Assembly: GCA_051362555.1 (NCBI GenBank) | Contig: CM120641.1 | Coordinates: forward strand, 31,936,401-32,000,400 | Length of the DNA stretch: 64,000 nt | Origin: Lingula anatina | Taxonomy: Eukaryota > Animalia > Brachiopoda | Reading direction: 5' to 3' | Shown: positions 28,350 through 39,732 of the stretch, in pieces | How the letters are laid out: the number at the start of each line of letters is the position of its first letter | How positions within the stretch are numbered: the stretch's first letter is position 1 | Program-made: the position numbers and the translations under genes | Notes under the pieces: model-generated | Database searches by the model: none | The model's input: only the letters and a program-made list of their open reading frames with translations | What the model was told of the DNA's origin: nothing

Positions 28350-28602
28350 GGTCTTATAAATGGATTAGGTGTTTACTAACACTACCCACAGATCTTTTAG
28401 CACTAATGCCCATATTAACCACATAACCCATAAATTAACCAACACACCATAAAAGTATTTACTATTACCAGAGCAATTCCTAGCCTTAACATTCATCTGT
28501 CTGGTAGTGCTGGTTAATTTGTGGGTTATGTGATTAATATGGGTGTTAGTGCTATAAGATCTGCGGGTAATGTTAGTAAATGACCAATCCGTTTATAAGG
28601 CC
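28350..28602. mobile_element. Fold-back element with ~95-bp inverted arms
   Basis: ggtcttataaatggatt..tttactaacactacccacagatc..cataaattaacca pairs with tggttaatttgtg..gatctgcgggtaatgttagtaaa..aatccgtttataaggcc; no clear target-site duplication. Confidence 0.8.
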
Positions 28603-30044
28603 TATAATAGTAGGCCAGCCATGCCACTGGATCCACTCCAGCCCAGCAAGCATGGGCATTGGGCTATTCATGTATGCAGTCAAAAGATTAGTCACAGTCA
28701 GTTGTAGTGTATTGTTTTTACATAGAATGCAGATTGATTTCTTATTTAAGTTAGCCTTCTGGTGAAGAGAATGCAGACTATATGGTGTAGGCTAATGGCT
28801 AATTGACTTCTCCTACAGGCTTTTGTAGGGCTGGTATCAAAGGATGGAAAGAAAATGAAACGAATATTTGAAAGTTAGCAAACTAAATAATTCAAGATTT
28901 TTGTGAGGGTTGAGGTGATGAAAAATAGAACTCCAGTATAGTCGGACATTTCTTTGATGTGAAATTAAAACACAAAACCAGGGGTGGATATTTTCTGAGA
29001 GTCTTCCAAATGATCTATGTTGATCCATCCTCCATTTTTGACCGTCAAAAAAAAAAAAAAAATTAGATGCCCGTCAATGTAAACTTTAATATCTGACTGT
29101 CTTCCAAAAGACCCAGAAGATGGCTTCCATCTGCCCCTGAAAACAGTCTATTTTTTACAGGTTTGCAAACCACCCCATCTGACTTCAGAGATCCACTACT
29201 CTATGGGGATGTTGGTCAATTATTGATGTATTTTGTGGATGAGACAATGGATAGACTAAGATGGTCTTTCTCTGGTACTGTTGCAGTGTTGGCAGTTTAT
29301 TTCTGCCTCAATGATTTCATTCTCTCAGCTTCTTCTGTTATTAAGCTGCTGATTGACTTCAGGTTGCTGGTTATATTGATCATGTCTTTTGACTACAGCA
29401 GGAATGTTGTAACTTGATTGCCTTTAAAATAATGACCAATGCAGTCTGACCCATAGCTTTGCTGATACATTACCACTAATAATGCAACTATTTACTATCC
29501 AGTTACAATGTTACCGTATTCAGCTGCAGTTACATTTTACTAGCTGAAGCTGCAAATTTGAGTAGCTTGTAAAAGGCACATTTAAGTTATTGATAGTAAC
29601 AGAAACACTGGAATAAAATTTGTTTTCTTAACATGTATTTTTGTATAAGATAGGGTTTAAGTAATTAGTAAATTCCCCTTTATATGAGGAAAGGTTTTAA
29701 TTCCTGTAAGGGACAGTAATATACCCAAGCTAAAAGACATCCTCTTTAACCAGAGTCAATATTTGTCCAATATTGACTTCAGTCTTGTTTTTATGGCATA
29801 TTGCAATTTGGATTTTGATTAAGCATGTAGAGCTCCATCTTGATTTGATTCGATTCCCCACAGATGTTAGTATTCAGTTTCCATATTTGTAACAGGATTG
29901 TTGAAAGTAACTCAGTGTATTTTTAACTTAACATAAGATAAGTGGAAAAGAAAGGAATTTATTTTGATACAAGTTGTTTATATTAATCATCTTCACCTTG
30001 TGTGTAGTTATAGTTGATCTGAATGTGCTGTCTTGTCATTCCAG

Positions 30045-30583
30045 GGGACACACTCTCCAGTGGTGGACATGGGATGCACTGGTGCCATATAGCCTACTGG
30101 GAGCTGCGGCAAAGAGTTGGTCGCCTCTTTTCCGTTTTCAAGGAAACTGTGAACATATTTCAAGAACTACCTCATGGGGATGGAATGTGCCTAGGGGTCT
30201 TACAGCGTGAGACTCCTGCTTCGGATTCAGTGAAAAGAACTCGAAACAAAGTGGGCATTGGTGTGACATTGAGTAAAGAGGGGGACGGAGTGTGGTTGTA
30301 CAATCGCTCTGAATACCCAGTGTTTGTCAACTCACCAACGCTGGATCCTCCCTGTGTGCGGACGTTGATGGTACATAAAGTGTTACCTGGATATGCTGTG
30401 AAAATGTTTGATTATGATTTATCGCACCTTTTGGAACAGACTCGACGGCCTACGTCTGATGGCCCATACAACCCAAACTCTATTCAGATCAGTTTTGCTA
30501 AAGGTTGGGGACCGAGTTACTCAAGACAGTTTATAACTTCATGTCCATGTTGGATAGAAGTTTTATTAAACGTGAAGAGGTGA
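30045..30583 (+). CDS. Smad6/7: Smad6/7 terminal exon, MH2 domain
   Basis: Acceptor tcttgtcattccag; encodes [64 protein letters not shown]; ends LLNVKR* with no SSxS, as expected for an inhibitory Smad. Confidence 0.97.
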
Positions 30584-32936
30584 TATGAGGTGTACCTGGG
30601 AATACAACCAGTGATATGGTACATAATTTGATGGCATATGTAAGGAGAACCCATAGGATTTACCATCTGCAGTCTGAAAAGAAATATCACACAGCTTGGA
30701 TTTACTATGACTTGTTGATGTATGACTTATATCAGCATTGCAATTGCAGGGAAAATAATCGTATTGCATAACAGTGTGGCTTATGGGTTGTTGCCTACCT
30801 CCCACTCCCCACCCTGAAAACAGCCTCTTCCCTGATCCCACCGATCCCCCCCCCCCCACCCCACCTCCTAGACAGCACTGCCACAGTCTGACTGGGTCTC
30901 TACCCACAGAACGCTACCATAAGTATTCTACGACACAAGAAATCTACGCAAAAAATATGATTGCTTAAATTGAGCAAAATATTCTGCATTTTAGTGGAAT
31001 AGATTGGAACTGCCAGGAAGGAAAATTGCGGAGGGATTTTTCATTGTATGCATCTTGATGTGAGATGTGACAGAAAAGAGAAAATGTCAGGGATGTAATC
31101 ACAGACAGGAGTTCACAAACCACGGGTTATAAGACAGAGTGGAGGATATATTTATTTTGATATATATGGCAGGGATTTAACAACTGGGAGCTTACTTGAG
31201 CACAAAATAGGGTGCAATGGAAACAGAATGCACCATAACTGAACCTGTGTGGAAGGACAGAAGCATAGCCAAGTGCCCTTTACTATGCATTGTTCAAATA
31301 TGACATGGAGGTAAAATCAGGAGAGAGAAGAGTCAGGCTGGTTAACTGCTGCACGTGATTATTAGCATTACATGTTCTTCATATCTTATTATTTTCTGCA
31401 CAACCCACCGCTATTTTACACAACCATACTATTATATCTTGTGTTTTGGGACATATTTACAGGTTTTTCTGTCAGGCATAAAAAAAGTTCAGGTTTCTTT
31501 GTCTCCTTTTCATGAGGTGATATATTCCACCTTCAATCTTATTTTTAGTTGCAAGCAAACAGTCCCCTTATATTTTGACAGTTGTCACATTCATTTGAAT
31601 AAAAAAAAAAACTGCTATAAAAATATATTTTTCTCTTAAGTCTAGGAGTTAAAAACAATAGTATGTAATTATAATAAATGAAAAAAAAGGACCGTGTTCA
31701 GTCATTTACCTTGAGTGACAGACGCCAGGACTCATTGGTAGCATAGACTGGAAACCTGTATTTATGTGCTAAAACACAATGTAATGGTATGGTAGTGCAG
31801 AAATTTGTTAGATGTGGAATCTGTTAAACTATAAAATCACCTTGAAATGGCAGTGTAGCTGTCTGGTTCACAGGTACCCCGAGAGTGAAGAATTCAGGGG
31901 ATAGGCATCTGTAGAGTGGGGATTAACTGCAGTGCCTCTTACCCCTTCAGAGGAAGGGGCTAGCAGTCTGATAAAATCTGACCAATCACGCACATACTGA
32001 ATGAGGCCATTGCACTAACTGAAGGTGGTGATATCTGCTGGACTTAGTGTTGTTGCAGATACCTTCAGATGAATATTTTGTATACAATTATATTATATTG
32101 TACATAGTAACCTACATTTTTACATTGTAATTTATATTGAGATGAAAACAGTGCAATTTGTTCTAGTATGCACACACACACACAAGTGCACGCACACACA
32201 GACATGCACACACGTTGCCTTCAACACACATTTCTACTACTTCTCCTCAGAGAGGCTGTAGATTTCTAGACGGGAAACACTCACATTCAATGCAATGACG
32301 CAACTACTGCATTTGCCTTGCTCTAAGCAGTACCCATATCATATTACAACCTGTGTGAAATAGATACTGCTTTTGTTTTTTGTTTTTTTTTTTTGTTTTT
32401 TCCTACTGGCTGTTGCAAAGTAAAAGGTATTTTCACTTTCATATTTCTTACAGTAAATGACAAGTAAAATCAAAATTGTCTTAATTAAAAATATTGACAC
32501 TAGATAAATTGATGTTTAAATGCAGATGTGTTGTCGACTTCTCAAAATTGAAATTCTTTGTATGCCCAACTCTTGGCAAAAGTCCACTTTCATTTAACCA
32601 AACTAAATTTCTTATACAGTCAACCGCAATAAGCATAAGGTCATCTTGCACTGCAGAATTAAAAATTTAGGTATGATTTCTAATTATGCTTGTTATTGTC
32701 TTCATCAGAATGCTCTTAGGTGTCTGTGTCTCACCTTAGTAGTTGATTCTATACTATAGAGTGAAAGTCCAACCTACAATGTTCTTTTAACAGGCTTCAT
32801 GAACTATTCTACAATTAATCCAAGATATCCTAGTAAATGTAATGTATTTGACAATTGTTTTCCTTTAATGATTTACCTTTTTGTTGTTGTTGTTGATGGT
32901 GTCCTCTTGGAGATGTTTTCTTCTTTGTCACAATAC

Positions 32937-35385
32937 TAGGGGTGGGCAAATGAAAGCTTTTTTGGTAATTTCAATTTCAGACAAGTGGATTCTATGGCCA
33001 TTTTGGCTGCTGAATACAAATCTAATAAGTATTTTCATTTTAAATTACATCTGATATTGGTATCAGGTGATTTTTCAAAATGGCCACCAAACGCTCCCTC
33101 AAATCACATATTTCTCATGTAAATCTTTAAATATCAGTTCAAACATGGCTTTTTATATGTCTAACCATATGATTTCATGATCAATGAGCATAAATAGATA
33201 CATTATTTTGGTTGGGTCAATTCATTTTGGGTTAAAAAGAGGATTTTTTGGTCATTTTGAGGTAAAAATCACTCCAAAATCACCATTCTGTGTACATAAA
33301 TACAAATGTTTATATGCAACTGTGGCTTTTAAATTAGGAAAAACAATAATACAACAAATATGGTCAGTATTATTCAAGGATCACATGAAAGTGAAAAGTT
33401 TTCACATATAGAATAGCATAATGTTAGTTACATATGGGAATATTTACAGTAGAACACTCAGTAGCAGAGCATTAAGGATATTGTTACCAAAAATGAGTTT
33501 TTTCCTGCATCTAATTATTCAATAATGTCTTTGTCTTTGTGCTGCTTTGAAACAATGAAAAAACTCTTGAAAGTATGAAATAGCGGCGTTTATATTTTTT
33601 CGTTGCAATGTATAAGCATAAGCAACTCAAAGCTTTAATCTTCTATTTAACAGCTTTCTTTTTTGAGATTAGTTAGCAATGCATATGGGGCTTAACTTCA
33701 TCCCTGAACAAGATTTTATCACAAGGATTGGCCAATGGACCACAAGGGCATGAGCTACAATCCCATGCCAACCTTATGGTTTAAATGCTTTTGTTATGGA
33801 GTCATGAGTCTGTAATGACAGATCTTCTAAAAACAAAGGTATTATTTTGCTTTATCAATGATCAAATCTGAACTAAGACTTTAAAAAAATCGCTGGCAGG
33901 GTTTTGGGGTACTAAATGGTGTCATTAAATTGGCTTTGAAATAGTGATCACGGTTGTTCAGGTAAAACAGACATTTGAGAAACCGATTTTTCAGTTTTTA
34001 CCCCCAAACTGCAATTATACTGTCACCCGTAAGATGACATGTGTAAATGTTAATTAATGTAATCACTGAACACTGAAAATGTATTTATCACCGAAAAGAA
34101 TGTATGTAAGGCAGTAAATAAGGAGTTTTGGGTGAACGGTGACAATATCCTTATTGTCTTCATTTATAACCTAGTCACACTAGAGGCGGAATGAGCTAGA
34201 ATGTAGTCGGAATAAAAATTTCTTGTTTGTTCCTGGATATTTGAAGTATCTTAAAATTCTAAGCGCATTCTAAATGTTAGGGTCCATTCTTGCGTCCTGT
34301 TAAAATGTTTTGCTCATTCTCAAAACTTTCGAAGTGCATTCCAAGTGGAAAAATATCGAATGGCATTCAAGTGTGTTCTAACTGCACTATGAGCGCATTC
34401 TTAAAATTCTTACGAAATTCCAACAGCATTCGAAACATTTTGATCACATTCGAGGGAGAACCGAAATGGCATGGCGCTTCAAATCTTGTCAGAATGTTCC
34501 ACATTATGCCTCCAATGAGCAGGAATGCAACTCGAATGCATCTTGATTGCAGGCCGGGATTCAGCCAACAATGAAACCACACTTGTATGGCATTTGAAGT
34601 GCATTCCAAATATTCTCACTATATTTAGGGTGAACGGCATTAGCATTAACGATATTCCTAATGTGTTCCAACTACATTCGAGCTGCATTTGAGAGCTAAT
34701 ACAATACATGGCTCATTCTGCTTGATTACTTCAGATTCCAAATAAGTGTGACAGGGGGCTTTACAGTGCCCTCTGGTCTCAGTGTATTTCTTGTTGATGC
34801 TTTCATGGTTGTGGTGAGATACTCTAAAACTACACAATTGAAACTAAGTACTATTCCAAGGTCAAGAGCTTAGAGGTTGTAAGAGGTTGATGTCACCTGA
34901 CAAAGTTTTACCTGTTCTGAAGAAAAGGAAAATTATACAGCATAAAATTTGTTGGTACACATCCATGAAGGTATTTTCAGCATTGTTTTTATACCAAACT
35001 GTAATCCATGAATTCAGTATGTACATAATGGCCATTATTTATATTTATCTTAGGCTCGAAGTGTGTATCTTATGTATATGTTTGTTTTAAATAACATATT
35101 TTTACAGATGTCGCCCTAACAATATTGCCAATGTCTTGAATATGCTCATATTTGAACTCAGCAACCCTCAAAACATATAGAAAGACATATTACACATCAT
35201 TTTTATGTACTTTACTGTGAAAATATGGCCAAAAAGCCATTTCCCGCTTTTTTTCACAAACAAATAGCAGATACCAATATAAATCTTTAGCTTTGGTAAA
35301 AAATATTGTCAGATTTGTGTTCAGCAGCAAAAATGGCCATAGAATCCACCTGTTTTAAAAAAAATTTGTCATTTGCCCACCCCTA
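32937..35385. mobile_element. 2.45-kb non-autonomous TIR DNA transposon (hAT- or P-like)
   Basis: TAGGGGTGGGCAAATGA / TCATTTGCCCACCCCTA termini with inverted subterminal blocks (gtggattctatggccatttt..gctgctgaa); direct repeat ACAATAC at 32930-32936 and 35386-35392; no transposase ORF seen. Confidence 0.88.
34168..34760. mobile_element. Nested MITE-like element inside the 2.45-kb transposon
   Basis: Imperfect TIRs aacctagtcacacta / aagtgtgacagggggct; interior built of many gcattc/gaatg motifs and richer in CpG than its flanks. Confidence 0.7.
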
Positions 35386-37149
35386 ACAATACTCCAGGTA
35401 TTGTCTTCTTGATATGGCATCTGACTGTAATAGAAACACCATTGTATGTGTAGGTTTGGTTAAACACTGGTGGTGTTGTTTGAATGAACAACAGAACAGT
35501 TTTGTATGTTCTCAAAAGAAATGTAAGTAAATTTTAACAAATAGCTGTATTGTTTTCTATTTTAAAAAAGGAGCAACTCTCCAAGGACAAGAAATGATCC
35601 ATTCGTGTTTGTCAGTATTCCATTTAGATAGCCATTTAAATTTCAGTCATAATGTGTGTTCAGGTTTTGTCTAATGTGCAAGAAAACCACTAGTCTTCAG
35701 ATTTAAGTCATACTTAGGTGCTAAAACAGATAGAGGAAATAGGTACTAAGAATATCTACATGCCTGCTACGAGTCTCTAACCCTAACACATATATTAGCT
35801 TCTTTAAGTGCATTGTTTGTAATCGTAGTTACGTAGAATATACACCCATGTCTTTGGTACACCTTTGTAACTTGAAGCCTTATTCTGAAATTAATCAATT
35901 CACACATACTCAGACTTTTTGTCAACCGATTTCATTCATTGATATCCATTTCTATGGCAACTGTTGCCATGAGCTGGTTGATTCCCATTATAATGTCTCC
36001 ATATCTTGCTTTGGAAGTTATTTTCTTTATCTCTTTAACATTGAAAACACTATTGGTCTTAGAGGTCAGTACGACCTTATTTTAAATAGATTATTGTGAA
36101 CTATATTATTTAAATAATTTCAATTACAAAACTTTGACATTCTTTTAAATGTCAGTTTACTGTTGTACAGTGTAAATATATGAACTATATTTTTTAATGA
36201 ACTGCGGGTTGGGCCTTCATTAAAAGCTACACAGTTGTACTGTTTGAGAAATCTTGTACAGAGGGAGTCCTCCCTGAGTTTATGGGCTGTTTGGATACAT
36301 TTCAGCCTATGAAAGTGGGGTTATAGAAATGTAAGATGTATAAAAGATGAGGGTCATTTTCATTGATCCTTACTTCAGCCATTCTATTGAATAAAATGGT
36401 ATTAAATATGTTATAAATGTGTTGTGATATTATCATCAAATGACAATTTTCATAGGATAAAATGTTTTAGCATTATTACGTATTAAAACTAGTCATCATT
36501 GTCATGAAAATTCTGTATGTATATAAAATGATGTTCATTGAAATTATTTCAGCAAAAGTGGAACTTCACAAAAAGTTTATAATTTCCTCAATCCTGTCCT
36601 TTAACCGTGGCAGCAGGTGAATTCAAACGTGCTCCACATTAATTTATTGAGGGCTTTCTTTGTGTTTGTTTTATCTCGGCCTGAGGTAAATGAAGACGAG
36701 GGTTAATCAAGACAGCGGTAACTTGAGGTTGGCGTTTGTTGTGTTTCTCTCAACTGTCTTGGTAAGGGGCACCAATGCCGATAGCCTCTTCAACAGGCTT
36801 CAGTTGGCTGCCCAGGAAAAACTAAACATGAAAATTATGTGTACTGACGACCTATTTCTGTTCAGTATACATAGTCTTTTTGTGTTTGAAATCATTGTCA
36901 GTTCGGCCATTAAACCTCTATATATTTCCCAGTACCCCAGGGAAGAAAAAAAAACAATACAGATGAGTCTCCAAGAGGATTTGTGAACAACATTAAGGCG
37001 CTACAATTTAATTGGAGGTCTCCGAAAATTGGACCTTGGAGCCAGTTAGATAATCAACGAAATACTTTTTTTTACGAGAAATAAGACGCCAAACCTGACT
37101 AGCCTCTATACAGCTTCTAGCCTCTATACAACAATCCTTTTCACCTTAA

Positions 37150-37585
37150 AGGCGTAGACGGGGTGCCAGGAACGTGGCTATCTTCATAACCGCCCAGGAT
37201 ATACCGACATGTTGCATATCAATAAACAGCTTATTAAAACAGCGTATCATTTCATATCATTATTTTTATTACGTAATAGTTCTCAGAAACGATTTGTGGC
37301 ACAGTTCTGTTGATGCCTAAGGGGGGGGGGATAACGAACAATGCTGTCAAAACGTGTATGTTTAGTGGACTTTTAATTTTTAAGGTATAAAGATCAGGCT
37401 AAGGAAACCTATGAAGTGTTTTATCTCCTTACGTACCCATTACGTAAGAAAATAATGATATGAAATAAATAGCTGTTGAAATAAGCTTTTCATTGGTATG
37501 CAACAAGCAACATTTTGGTATATCTTGGCCGGTTAAGATAACCACGTACCTGCCCCCCCCCCCCTCTCCCCCCACCTCTACACCT
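37150..37585. mobile_element. TTAA-flanked non-autonomous TIR element (Kolobok/piggyBac-type target)
   Basis: TTAA|AGGCGTAGA...TCTACACCT|TTAA with ~130-bp imperfect inverted arms (atttcatatcattatttt..ttacgtaat / attacgtaagaaaataatgatatgaaat). Confidence 0.85.
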
Positions 37586-38928
37586 TTAACATCTCAACCT
37601 GGTCGACTAATTCAATAAGTGTGATTTCTACCATTAATTAGAATGTTCGATTAACGATTATCTTATGATGTGTAACTTGGAGAGTGCGAGGGAGAGCATT
37701 CTTACTTCTGCATAATTAGCGTGCTTGCAAGCAGGTATATGTGTGTTACCGAGCGCGTCCATATACGCATTTAGTGAGACAGAGAGAATTGTGTAGTTTT
37801 GTTTTAAAGTATTCCTTTAACTTAGATCAAAATTGAATGCGTATCTCTTGAACACCTCCGGTCAATACTCGTGCCAGTAATTCTCTCCAGTCTCAATGTC
37901 TCTCTCTTCTTCCATAATGGTGGCATTAATTTGTCTGCCGGTTGATCTGCTTGTATGAACGATGGTGAAATTAATGTTTACGAGCCTTCCTTTTAAGTAA
38001 AAGACACTAACGTGCGTCTAGCCAAGCAATTAGATGTTACATAAACAACGCATTAATGATAATAATGATTTGTTTACAGCTTTTTCTGTGCAGTATTTTT
38101 GGCCAGCTCCCAAAATTTGGAATCGAAAATAGTATAGATAACGAGGAAAATAACGACAAACCTATTGATAAATTTTCCATTATAGAAATTAATTTGTGCG
38201 CGAACAGTGTCGTCCTACAACCTATTTGTTTACACTGGACAGAGTCAAATATGCCACAATTAGAAAAGACAATAAATGAAAATAAAACCCTCCAAAACAT
38301 TCGTTTGAAACATCTGGGAAAATGGAGAGAGAGATAAAGAGACGCACGAAATCAACAAACCCGTGTGACTTCGTGGTAAAACGTATTTCCTCAGTCTTGT
38401 AGCGTAAAAATGATACTAAATAATACATTTTTAATGTTTTCTATAATTTATGAAAAATAGCATAAAAGTGAAATACTTTGTAAGAAAAATTATTTTTTAA
38501 TATTTGAAAGTATGAAATAACAATAACGAAATTCATGCGGGTTTACATTAAATGATGTAAGTCTTTTAATCGCATAAAACATCTTGTAATGAACAGTGAG
38601 GGATGAATATGGTTACCAAATTAATAACACGAAAACTTCAGAATACTTTATTTGAATAAAAAAACACCCATGACAAGAATGATATCGCCTGGTGATTAAA
38701 GCATGAATGAAGCAGTCATTTTGCCTTTCCCGCCGCCAACCCCAGACGTGATATTTAATGCAGCGTTTTGTTTTGTCGGAGTTTGTCCTCGTTCACTGGA
38801 GCCAAGGCGATGTCAAGCCCGTGTTATCTGTCTGCTCGGCTTTTGTGAATGCAGACATTACATGCCAAGTGCAGTCATGGTCATGAAACATTAATATCCA
38901 TGAAACACTTAAGTGATATCGCACGAAT

Positions 38929-38932
<4 letters not shown>

Positions 38933-38978
<46 letters not shown>
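38933..38978. repeat. (GA)n microsatellite
   Basis: Direct reading. Confidence 0.95.
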
Positions 38979-38983
<5 letters not shown>

Positions 38984-39519
38984 TTTAAGTAATAAGATAC
39001 TTATCAAATTATTAAATTGTTTTTTTTCCGACCCAAATTTCACATGGCATCAACTGAACCAGGTACTGAACCAAAGCTGTAGCCAGCACATGGTAACCTT
39101 AACGCAAACAAGTAGGGTGTGCCTATGTCGATATTTTATGCAATATTAAAGGGATTTACTTGCCAAAATGGATTTTCCCTGGGAAATAAGCAATTTCCTC
39201 GGTCTCACGAATCATTTTTCTATCCCTCTTTGCACTTGGATTCGACCATTGATTGAATTTATAAAGATTGATTTAGTTTAAGATGACTGGCGAGCTATTA
39301 TAACCAGCGACCATCTCCCTAAGCTCCGATGGAAATATCAACATCAGGTACAATCCAAAAAAATTATTTAAGGTGTTAAATTGTTTTTAAGGTGTATGTA
39401 AGGTTTTATAAAAAGCTGTAGATGGCAAAATAAGCATTTGGGTGATTTTCAAACCCATCAAGTGTTCCTTAAAATAAGTGTGTAGGTATCAGGTAAAACA
39501 GGATATCTGTTGATATAAT

Positions 39520-39610
39520 GGGGCCGTAGCAATGGTCCGAAGGTTCAATAATCCGAAGGTCCATTGGTCCGAATGTTCACTATAGAATCTTCGGACCGAT
39601 GAACCCTTGA
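39520..39610. repeat. Fragment of an element with 15-bp tccgaaggt subrepeats
   Basis: tccgaaggttcaataa-tccgaaggtccattgg-tccgaatgttc followed by inverted cttcggacc; a related run lies at ~46568-46610. Confidence 0.55.
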
Positions 39611-39688
39611 ATAAAAAAAAAAAAAAACATTAACCTCTATGTAAAATTTATGTAAACCATAGCTCTTTGTAAAATTTTACTAGTACCG

Positions 39689-39690
39689 AA

Positions 39691-39729
<39 letters not shown>

Positions 39730-39732
39730 ATA
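39689..39732. repeat. (AAAT)n microsatellite
   Basis: Direct reading. Confidence 0.95.

Larger units (their letters stand above)
30584..36420 (+). other. Smad6/7 3' UTR / downstream transcribed region (end uncertain)
   Basis: AATAAA at 31598, 31673 and 36390, ATTAAA at 36401 followed by a GT-rich tract; CpG depletion persists to ~36.5 kb. Confidence 0.4.

Noticed and set aside
30023-30044. ATG start of the 186-aa ORF as a standalone gene
   Set aside because: These bases are the intron 3' end; the ORF is the spliced terminal exon of Smad6/7.
34290-34709. Overlapping ORFs as a transposase
   Set aside because: They lie in a motif-repetitive MITE interior with no DDE or other recognisable domain.
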